A stretch of 64,000 nucleotides of DNA, taken from contig CAYGQA010000001.1 of the NCBI GenBank assembly GCA_964352145.1, forward strand, positions 152,617 to 216,616. Reading direction: 5' to 3'. The position numbers and the translations under genes are program-made. This document shows positions 46,803 through 53,272 of the stretch, piece after piece; the first letter of the stretch is position 1; each line of letters begins with the position of its first letter. This DNA comes from an uncultured Candidatus Peribacteria bacterium (GTDB lineage: Bacteria; Patescibacteriota; Gracilibacteria; JAUYGZ01). Below the pieces are notes generated by a model. The model saw only the letters and a program-made list of their open reading frames with translations, did no database searches and was not told where the DNA came from.

Positions 46803-46859
46803 AAAAAAGGTAGCTCGATTATAGGCGAGCGCTTGAGATGAGCAATACGAATCTGTGAT

Positions 46860-47474
46860 TTATGCTGCCTTTTGCTTGAGCACTTGTAAAACACTTGTTC
46901 TGGTCGCATCCGAGAAGCGAATAATGGGTTTCTGCAAAGGTGTGAACGCTTTCGAAACCCGGAAGGGGACTAGCTGACCATCATTCTTAGAAACGTGTGA
47001 TTTTTCATCTAAATGGTACCCATTTTCCCCAGCTTCTAGATCCTTGAAAGACTGTTTTCCCATGGTGACGGCCATCCCTCTCTTCACAGCTAGTTTTACG
47101 ACTGAGAGTTGCGTCGTTTCGATCATAAGTGAATAGCGGAGAGCATCTCTATTCGAAAGAGCTTGAACTCGTTGCTCGAGAGCGTAGAGCATCTCTGTAC
47201 CGATCCCTTGTCCTCTGAATGCAGGATTGACGATACGATGCGAGACATTGATGAGACCAGATACCTCTTCCCATATCAGGTGGAAGACGTCTAGATTTTT
47301 GTAAGAAAGAAGCGCTGAATATCCTGATTGAGGCAAAGGAAAGAATCGGAACTCAAGATTTTCTCCGAGCTGCACACATTGATAGGCTTCACTCGTTTTC
47401 ATGACCTGTTTGATCTTCTCCCAGTGTGTAGGAGTTAATTGTAGTGTTTCGTTTTGGTTTTTTTGTTTTTCCAT
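46860..47474 (-). CDS. GNAT-family acetyltransferase-like protein
   Basis: VNPAFRGQGIGTEMLYALE (Q/RxxGxG/A motif). Confidence 0.6.
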   Translation of the reverse strand: MEKQKNQNETLQLTPTHWEKIKQVMKTSEAYQCVQLGENLEFRFFPLPQSGYSALLSYKNLDVFHLIWEEVSGLINVSHRIVNPAFRGQGIGTEMLYALEQRVQALSNRDALRYSLMIETTQLSVVKLAVKRGMAVTMGKQSFKDLEAGENGYHLDEKSHVSKNDGQLVPFRVSKAFTPLQKPIIRFSDATRTSVLQVLKQKAA

Positions 47475-47770
47475 GGTTGGCTCGAAGCTTGAAGCAAGAA
47501 GCGAGAGGCTTGATGCTTGAAGCAGAATTCGGATTTTTTTTATTTTTTGACTTCTTTTTTTGAAATTTGGAAACCGAAAATTGCTCAGATTTCTTATTAT
47601 TATACCATTTTTATTATTCTTAGCCCATTGTGCTTTCTGTACTTATTCTTTAAAATGTTGCGGAGTTATAATTGAGATATTTGAGAATAATGAGTCGCTT
47701 CAAGCTTCCAGCCTCAAGCAAAATTTTTCCTAATTAGTCCAATTCAATCCTAGAGTATCCAAAAAACATC

Positions 47771-48214
47771 ATGAAAATTTTAAGTACCAACAAAAAGGCC
47801 AAATTTGATTACGAAATCGTCGAAGAATACTCGGCTGGTATTAAGCTAGAAGGACGAGAAATCAAATCGCTACGCAATCAAAAACCCGCTTTTGCAGGGA
47901 GTTATGTCACGATCAGCAATGGAAAACCTATGCTCCATGATCTGAATATCCCTCGATATAAGCACGACCCTTCTCCAGAATATGATCCAAAGAGGGAACG
48001 TCTGCTTCTTTTGAAGCAATCAGAAATCAACCGTATCCAAGGAAAACTCAAAGAACAGGGAGTGACTGTGGTACCCATCGCGATCGGACTTGAGCGGCAA
48101 TGGGCCAAGGTGACGATAGGTATCGTCCGTGGTAAAAAGCAGCATGACAAAAGACAGACCATCCGTGACCGTGAAGATAAGCGAAAAATGCAACGAGTGA
48201 TGAAGCAATATTAA
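47771..48214 (+). CDS. smpB: SsrA-binding protein SmpB
   Basis: NKKAKFDYEI, GIKLEGREIKSLR and a basic C-terminal tail KKQHDKRQTIRDREDKRKM. Confidence 0.9.
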   Translation: MKILSTNKKAKFDYEIVEEYSAGIKLEGREIKSLRNQKPAFAGSYVTISNGKPMLHDLNIPRYKHDPSPEYDPKRERLLLLKQSEINRIQGKLKEQGVTVVPIAIGLERQWAKVTIGIVRGKKQHDKRQTIRDREDKRKMQRVMKQY

Positions 48215-48246
48215 AATGTTTATATTTATATCAAGGAGAAGCTAAT

Positions 48247-48423
48247 ATGGGCAAAAAAGAAAAACAATTTTATCTTTGGTGGAGAGATCGTGTCTCTCTT
48301 TCAGAGAAATTAAGAATAATGTCAATTGAAAGCTCTGTAGTGATTAAAATGATGCAAACTGTTGATATTTTTTTAATTGATCCTGGTAAAAACCTCCCTG
48401 AAAAATTCAATACTTTTCACTGA
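48247..48423 (+). CDS. possible small protein (58 aa)
   Basis: ATG 48247 is preceded by AAGGAG at -13 to -8, one of the very few canonical SD sequences I saw in the window. Encodes MGKKEKQFYLWWRDRVSLSEK.... Below the track cutoff. Confidence 0.35.
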   Translation: MGKKEKQFYLWWRDRVSLSEKLRIMSIESSVVIKMMQTVDIFLIDPGKNLPEKFNTFH

Positions 48424-48497
48424 CTAAAGTAATAAAGAAAAATCTCATACTGCTTTTTTAGATTATCTTAAGCCTTACAAAAGCTCAGTCAATCTAA

Positions 48498-48545
48498 GCC
48501 CTTCTCTTGAGGCAAGAGAGGAAAGCCTTTAGGCAGGGTGAGTTC
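48498..48545. repeat. CTCACC-hairpin repeat family, solo copy (inverted orientation)
   Basis: The reverse complement gaactcaccctgcctaaaggctttcctctcttgcctcaagagaagggc matches the first ~26 nt of the 32298 copy at all but 2 positions. Confidence 0.6.
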
Positions 48546-48601
48546 ATCAGCGGCGAAGACGATCCACAAATAAGCTCAACTATTTTTAAAATAGTAAAAT
48601 T

Positions 48602-48680
48602 GTGCCTCGCTACCACACAGACCTGAGTCCCTACGAGGGATACAGTGAAGTATGGACAGCGAGGCGATGCTCTCTGCTAG
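48602..48680 (-). terminator. cassette 3' hairpin H1 (conserved stem, U-rich tail), end of array
   Basis: Minus strand GCCUCGCUG-U-CCAUAC...GUGUGG-UAGCGAGGC with an internal UCCC-UCGUA-GGGA hairpin, followed by AAUUUUACUAUUUU. The G-U pairs work only on the minus strand. Confidence 0.55.
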
Positions 48681-49273
48681 TTTTCGATGTTTGCCATTTT
48701 TGAATTTACAATTCTTCTTAAACGTATAAATAAAGAGGCAAATTTTGGCATTAAATCCTCCTTATTTTCGGCTGCTAATTCTCTATCGAGAAAACTTTTT
48801 GCTATGGTTAGAAGAGCAAGTGAATCTACAAAACCTAGGTAATATTTGTAGAGAAAATCATCCATATCCTCAATCTCTTTCTGTGAGAGATCTTTAGGAT
48901 TTAGCATTGCGTTCTGTATCACTTCTAAACTAACTTTCTTTTTTTCTTCTTTTTTTTCTCGAGCTTCTGCTTCTTCATCGAGAACTTTTTGAGCCTCCTT
49001 AATCAAAAGTTTTTTTAAATTAGTTTCAATTTCGGAGTTTGGAACTAATCCTTTTTTTTCTTCATCTGCTTCTACAACCAATTCTGAATTATAATCCATT
49101 ACATAATATGTAAAGTTTTTTTCCAAAGGAATTTCCGAAGAATATTTTTGAAGGAGCTCCTTGAAGGGTTTTGTTTTTTCAGTACTTAAACTATCCCCTC
49201 TAGTAAGAGCCTCTAAACTCAGTCCGGACTCTTCTTTTCTTGAAAAAGAGATTTCTAAAATTATTGGATTCAT
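48677..49273 (-). CDS. cassette A protein (hypothetical, 198 aa)
   Basis: ORF body directly 3' of conserved leader L1. Start placed at AUG 49271-49273, because the track start at 49318 lies inside the leader. Confidence 0.6.
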   Translation of the reverse strand: MNPIILEISFSRKEESGLSLEALTRGDSLSTEKTKPFKELLQKYSSEIPLEKNFTYYVMDYNSELVVEADEEKKGLVPNSEIETNLKKLLIKEAQKVLDEEAEAREKKEEKKKVSLEVIQNAMLNPKDLSQKEIEDMDDFLYKYYLGFVDSLALLTIAKSFLDRELAAENKEDLMPKFASLFIRLRRIVNSKMANIEN

Positions 49274-49280
49274 CACATTA

Positions 49281-49396
49281 CCAACCAGCAGAGAGCGAAC
49301 TCCCTGCGGCCTTTTCATATATATTTTTTACAAATGAATACCCAAAGCAGAAGCTTTGAATGAGGCTCCACACGGAGTTCTCTGAATACTGATTGG
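49281..49396 (-). ncRNA. conserved structured cassette leader L1
   Basis: Closing helices CCAAUCAG/CUGGUUGG, CAGAG/CUCUG, AACUCC/GGAGUU and UGUGG/CCGCA, with apical hairpin CAAAGC-UUCU-GCUUUG. Nearly identical to L2-L4. Confidence 0.55.
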
Positions 49397-49425
49397 TTCG
49401 ATTTTTCAAGGTTCTTTAAAAATGC

Positions 49426-49501
49426 GTGCCTCGCTGCCATACCGGTCTGGCTCCCACGAAGGGAGGAGATATGGTCAACGAGGCGTGGCCTCTGCTGTTA
49501 G
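49426..49501 (-). terminator. cassette 3' hairpin H2
   Basis: GCCUCGUUG-A-CCAUA...UAUGG-CAGCGAGGC with internal CUCCC-UUCGU-GGGAG, followed by GCAUUUUUAAAG. Overlaps the cassette B stop codon. Confidence 0.5.
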
Positions 49502-50091
49502 TCGTCTTTCTTGAGCATAATTCTTATCAAATCAAGTTGTGCTGCTACTTGATTGTGAAGAGTAAGATCCTTGTCTTCTGTGCAGTCTCCATATTCTTTC
49601 ATTTCATCAAGATCTTTTTCAATCTGAACTGCGACGGGCAATATCCTGAGGATATCTGTAAGTAAGTCAGGTATATTTACCCCATCTGTTTTATCTCTCA
49701 AAGAGAAATTCACTATGTCACTTATTATGTCTTCCATTCTTTTACTAGTTTCTTTTATCTCTTGATCTTCCAAGTCTGATAGAATTGTTTTCGTAGTGTT
49801 TACGAGAAAAGCACCCAAATCTTTGAGAAAATCATCAGATAAATTTCCTCCTTGAGTTGCTTTTTCAGAACTCAAAAGACCTGAATCACTTGAGTAAACA
49901 AGAAAATCAAACTCTATTTCTGCAGGAATGTTATCCTTGTTTTGACAGAGAAAATGCTGGAATATATTTAGTTTTGCAGGATTTAACACTTCTTTTTCTT
50001 TGATGGTTAAGCTCACCATCATTCCTTTTTCTACTTTCTTACAGAAGCAAAGCCTTAAAACCTCTTCAGATGAATTTCCGCGTACTACCAT
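49498..50091 (-). CDS. cassette B protein (hypothetical, 197 aa)
   Basis: ORF body 3' of leader L2. Start placed at AUG 50089-50091. Ends ...KKDD, followed by UAACAGCAGAGG. Confidence 0.6.
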   Translation of the reverse strand: MVVRGNSSEEVLRLCFCKKVEKGMMVSLTIKEKEVLNPAKLNIFQHFLCQNKDNIPAEIEFDFLVYSSDSGLLSSEKATQGGNLSDDFLKDLGAFLVNTTKTILSDLEDQEIKETSKRMEDIISDIVNFSLRDKTDGVNIPDLLTDILRILPVAVQIEKDLDEMKEYGDCTEDKDLTLHNQVAAQLDLIRIMLKKDD

Positions 50092-50098
50092 CACATCA

Positions 50099-50214
50099 CC
50101 AACCAGCAGAGAGCGAACTCCCTGCGGCCCTTTCATATATATTTTTTACAAATGAATACCCAAAGCCGAAGCTTTGAATGAGGCTCCACACGGAGTTCTC
50201 TGAATACTGATTGG
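50099..50214 (-). ncRNA. conserved structured cassette leader L2
   Basis: Same helices as L1. The apical hairpin is CAAAGC-UUCG-GCUUUG. Confidence 0.55.
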
Positions 50215-50243
50215 CCCGTTTTTTCAAGGTTCTTAATAAAGTT

Positions 50244-50320
50244 GTGCCATCGCTGCCATATCGGTTCTTCTCCCTCGGAGGGAGGAGATATGGACAGCGA
50301 GGCGATGCCTCTGCTGTTAG
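50244..50320 (-). terminator. cassette 3' hairpin H3
   Basis: GCCUCGCUG-U-CCAUAUC...GAUAUGG-CAGCGAUGGC with internal CUCCC-UCCGA-GGGAG, followed by AACUUUAUUAAG. Overlaps the cassette C stop codon. Confidence 0.5.
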
Positions 50321-50934
50321 TCGTCTTGACTTAAAAGTTCTCTAAGCTCCTGAATAAGCTTCTTTGTTTTTGAAAGAGTCGGAATTTCGGAGATGAATTT
50401 TTTCTCATCTGCATCTAACTTACCTGTTACATCTTTCAAGTCACAAAAAAGAGACTCCGCTCTAAGTGCATTATCAATTTCTGCTAAACAAGTCTTCAAT
50501 TTGTCTGCAAAAGCACAATCAAGAGCCTCAATATCTAAAACACTCACCCCTCTTAACTTCTTCGTAGCTTTTTCAAGATTTACTTCTTTTTCATCAAGAC
50601 GCTGAAGTAAATTTGAAGCTAAAGTGAGCATACGCCCACGAAGTCTTTTGCAAAATTTTGAAGCAGACTTTATGCTGCCTTCGATTTTTCTAAAAGACAA
50701 AGCCTCTGTGTCGAGTACTACCTCAAAACTGTATATCTCCTCGGATTCAAACTCTTCTTTGTTCTTGTTTATGAACGCTTCCATGCGTTCCAAGCTGGTT
50801 TCAATAAGCTCTTTCTCTTTACAAGAAAAAGTTACTTCTACGTTCCTTGAGCCTTTTCTTCTGAAAAAAGATACATGAAGTACTTGATCGTCTTCATAAA
50901 GCTGTCCTTCAGAAAAATCTCCAATTACTACCAT
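50317..50934 (-). CDS. cassette C protein (hypothetical, 205 aa)
   Basis: ORF body 3' of leader L3. Start placed at AUG 50932-50934. The 263-aa track ORF reads through the leader and promoter. Ends ...SQDD, followed by UAACAGCAGAGG. Confidence 0.6.
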   Translation of the reverse strand: MVVIGDFSEGQLYEDDQVLHVSFFRRKGSRNVEVTFSCKEKELIETSLERMEAFINKNKEEFESEEIYSFEVVLDTEALSFRKIEGSIKSASKFCKRLRGRMLTLASNLLQRLDEKEVNLEKATKKLRGVSVLDIEALDCAFADKLKTCLAEIDNALRAESLFCDLKDVTGKLDADEKKFISEIPTLSKTKKLIQELRELLSQDD

Positions 50935-50941
50935 CACATTA

Positions 50942-51056
50942 CCAACCAGCAGAGAGCGAACTCCCTGTGGCCCTTCATACGCATAACTTACAAATGAATA
51001 CCCAAAGTCGAAACTTTGAGTGAGGCTCCACACGGAGTTCTCTGAATACTGATTGG
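50942..51056 (-). ncRNA. conserved structured cassette leader L3
   Basis: Same helices as L1. The apical hairpin CAAAGU-UUCG-ACUUUG shows a compensatory C-G to U-A change. CCACA replaces CCGCA, turning a U-G pair into U-A. Confidence 0.55.
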
Positions 51057-51089
51057 TTCGATTTTTCAAAGTACACCAAAAGAGTGCAC

Positions 51090-51118
51090 AGTTTACTTTA
51101 CATCTCATATTATGTCAA
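51090..51118 (-). promoter_or_regulatory. cassette promoter P2 (TTGACA-17-TAAACT)
   Basis: Minus strand: TTGACA (51118-51113), 17-nt spacer, TAAACT (51095-51090). The block is shared with P1. Confidence 0.55.
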
Positions 51119-51142
51119 TAATTTCTGACATTATAAAAAGTT

Positions 51143-51217
51143 GTGCGTCGCTGCCATACGTTCGATTCCCTACGAGGGAGGAGGTATGGACAGCGAGGCA
51201 TGTGCCTCTGCTGTTAA
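51143..51217 (-). terminator. cassette 3' hairpin H4
   Basis: GCCUCGCUG-U-CCAUACC...ACGUAUGG-CAGCGACGC with internal UCCC-UCGUA-GGGA, followed by AACUUUUUAUAAUG. Confidence 0.5.
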
Positions 51218-51245
51218 TTTAAGTTCTCTTCTTTGCTTGATCAAA

Positions 51246-51551
51246 CTACTGATTCATTCTCATTCCAAGGTTGATGGCATGCGCATACAGTTGATGCAGA
51301 ATATCAGACGACATACTCAAAAGATTCTCGTTTGGTTTTACAGCAATTCCACCATCATGAGGTTCATATACCTCAATACTGATTACTTTCCCTATAGGAA
51401 AGTTCTCAATATTCTGTTCGATATACTCCACTAAAAATTTTTGAACTTCTTTTAAAGAATCTGGAATCTCCTGTGAGAAGTTGATATCAAATTCTTTGGA
51501 AGATTTTTTTCTGAGAATCTCAATTCGGATGAGTTCTTTTTTAGTCCCCAT
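51246..51551 (-). CDS. cassette D protein (hypothetical, 101 aa; N-domain only)
   Basis: ORF body 3' of leader L4. Start placed at AUG 51549-51551, because the track start at 51563 is a TTG inside the leader helix. Confidence 0.6.
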   Translation of the reverse strand: MGTKKELIRIEILRKKSSKEFDINFSQEIPDSLKEVQKFLVEYIEQNIENFPIGKVISIEVYEPHDGGIAVKPNENLLSMSSDILHQLYAHAINLGMRMNQ

Positions 51552-51559
51552 TCTTTTTA

Positions 51560-51681
51560 CCAACCAGCAGAGAGCGAACTCCCTGCGGCCCTTTCTTTAC
51601 ACTTGTTTCTAAAAACAACATAAAACCCAAAGCAGAAGCTTTGAATGAGGCTCCACACGGAGTTCTCTGAATACTGATTGG
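51560..51681 (-). ncRNA. conserved structured cassette leader L4
   Basis: Same closing helices and apical hairpin as L1. The A/U linker is replaced by a small extra hairpin, UUGUUU-UUAG-AAACAA. Confidence 0.55.
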
Positions 51682-51714
51682 TTCGATTTTTCAAAGTACA
51701 CCAAAAGAGTGCAC

Positions 51715-51743
51715 AGTTTACTTTACATTTATAATTCTGTCAA
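51715..51743 (-). promoter_or_regulatory. cassette promoter P1 (TTGACA-17-TAAACT)
   Basis: Minus strand: TTGACA (51743-51738), 17-nt spacer, TAAACT (51720-51715). It lies 31 nt downstream of the asnS stop. Confidence 0.55.
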
Positions 51744-51773
51744 CAATCTCTGACATTTAATCTGAAAAATGTC

Positions 51774-53063
51774 TTAAGGAGCCAGACGGTTCATAAGACG
51801 AGGGAAGGGGATGGTCTCTCTGACATGCTTCAATCCGCACATCCATCCGACGATACGCTCGAGTCCATAACCAAATCCAGAGTGAGGAACTGATCCGTAT
51901 CGACGTAAGTCCATATACCATTCAAGGCCTTTTTCAGGGACATTATGCTCAGACATCCATTTTTTCATGAGCTCTAGATCATCTTCTCGTTGTGAACCTC
52001 CGATGATTTCTCCGTATCCTTCAGGAGCAAGAAGATCGACACAGAGACAATTTTGTTCATCTTCAGTTCTCTTCATGTAGAAGGCTTTTACCTTCGCTGG
52101 GTAATGAGTGACGAAGATTGGTTGGTCATATTTTTTTGTCAGGATAGTCTCATCATCACCTCCAAGGTCTCTATCAGCGGTGATATCAGAGCCCATTGAT
52201 TGCAGCTCAGCGACTGCCTCAGCGTGAGTCATACGTTTGAAAGGACCTTTGATCTTTTTCAGTGGCTCGAGATCTCTTTCGAGAGTGAGCAGTTCTTTTT
52301 CTTTATTTTCCAAGACTCTTTTGATGACATGCAACATGAGGGATTCTTGGATATCGATGATTCCTTCGAGGTCACAGAAGGTAGCCTCAGCATCCATCAT
52401 CCAAAACTCTGTCAGGTGACGTCTTGTCTTTGATTTCTCTGAACGAAATACTGGTCCAAAATCAAAACCACGTCCACAACTCATCACGGCTGCCTCAAGG
52501 TAGAGTTGTCCAGATTGAGCGAGATAAGCTTGTCCTTCGTCGAAGTATTCCATTTCAAAGAGTTCTGTTGAACCTTCACAGGCATTATTCGTCATGATCG
52601 GTGTATCGACTTTCATAAAGCCGTTTGTATGCATCCATTCGAAGGTGGCTCGGATGACTTCGTCACGGACTCTTTGTACTGCGAGTTGTTTTTGAGAGCG
52701 AAGCCAGAGATGTCTATTGTCGAGGAGGAACTCCGGACCATGTTCTTTTTTTCCAATTGGGTATTCTTCCGCTATTTGGATGATTTCTATATCAGAAACC
52801 TGTATTTCAAACACATCCTCTTTTTTTGGATGTTGAGAGATGGTACCAGTCACTCGTACAGATGATTCGATAGTCAGTTGTTCTGCTTTTTCCATGACTT
52901 CTGGAGCGACTGCAGAAGCCTCTACGACTCCTTGCATTACCCCGGTCCCATCACGTAGCTGAAGGAAGGCAATCTTCCCAGACCCTCGCTTGTTGTACAT
53001 CCATCCTTGGATAGTGACCGTTTGGTCGACGAAATCTTTAGCATCTTTAATGAAAAAACTCAT
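51774..53063 (-). CDS. asnS: asparaginyl-tRNA synthetase
   Basis: Class IIb enzyme with an OB-fold N-terminus, FRSEKSKTRRHLTEFWMMDAE and GFGYGLERIV. Length is typical of AsnRS. Start set at ATG 53061-53063, because the track start is a TTG. Confidence 0.85.
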   Translation of the reverse strand: MSFFIKDAKDFVDQTVTIQGWMYNKRGSGKIAFLQLRDGTGVMQGVVEASAVAPEVMEKAEQLTIESSVRVTGTISQHPKKEDVFEIQVSDIEIIQIAEEYPIGKKEHGPEFLLDNRHLWLRSQKQLAVQRVRDEVIRATFEWMHTNGFMKVDTPIMTNNACEGSTELFEMEYFDEGQAYLAQSGQLYLEAAVMSCGRGFDFGPVFRSEKSKTRRHLTEFWMMDAEATFCDLEGIIDIQESLMLHVIKRVLENKEKELLTLERDLEPLKKIKGPFKRMTHAEAVAELQSMGSDITADRDLGGDDETILTKKYDQPIFVTHYPAKVKAFYMKRTEDEQNCLCVDLLAPEGYGEIIGGSQREDDLELMKKWMSEHNVPEKGLEWYMDLRRYGSVPHSGFGYGLERIVGWMCGLKHVRETIPFPRLMNRLAP

Positions 53064-53272
53064 GGAAAACAATAAAAAAAACAGTGATAGCAGTATAATG
53101 GAGCCTTCATAAATACCAAAAGAGAATGCGTCGTTTTATTACGGTGACAAAGTAAACTCCTCTAAAGATTCTTGCCAAAGATGAAGTTCAGATGAAGACT
53201 ATAGATCATTTTATTGAAGACCTTGAGAGGCAGGCGTAGGATAAATATCCATTATGAATAAACACAGGAATC

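Noticed and set aside
48215-48680. tmRNA (ssrA) expected near smpB. The GTTCGATTCC string at 51160-51169 also resembles a tRNA T-loop.
   Set aside because: I found no tRNA-like acceptor/T-arm pairing and no GGGG...CCA ends in the smpB-flanking spacer. The T-loop-like string has no flanking 5-bp stem. It also lies on the plus strand inside hairpin H4, whose wobble pairs indicate minus-strand transcription.
49274-49318. Conserved N-terminal peptide MK(R/G)PQGVRSLLVGNVM heading the track ORFs 48677..49318 and 49498..50136, and present internally in 50317..51108.
   Set aside because: The conserved stretch is the 3' arm of the leader helix. Its frame relative to the ORF body differs between copies: in frame in A and B, shifted by one base in C, and with no AUG and out of frame in D. 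The conservation is therefore at the nucleotide or structure level, not the peptide level.
50935-51108. N-terminal 58 aa of the 263-aa track ORF (MRCKVNCALFWCTLKNRTNQ...).
   Set aside because: This region reads through the cassette promoter (-10/-35 at 51090-51118) and leader L3. The sequence is shared with the non-coding region upstream of cassette D.
49281-51681. Small self-cleaving ribozyme (hammerhead, twister, HDV-like) in the leaders.
   Set aside because: There is no CUGANGA...GAAA hammerhead core on either strand. I could not fit the nested pseudoknot layout of HDV-like or twister motifs by eye. This cannot be fully excluded without a covariance-model search.
48602-51743. CRISPR array, retron, DGR or IS interpretation of the repeated elements.
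   Set aside because: The repeats are 600-900 bp apart and separated by real ORFs, so the layout is not repeat-spacer. No cas, reverse transcriptase or transposase gene is present in the window. There is no template/variable repeat pair as in a DGR.
48602-51743. Classical integron cassette array with attC sites.
   Set aside because: The conserved block is about 225-280 nt, against 57-141 nt for attC. The putative core GTTAGTC and inverse core CACCAAC fit GTTRRRY/RYYYAAC poorly. No intI or attI is nearby. It is kept only as an analogy in the findings.
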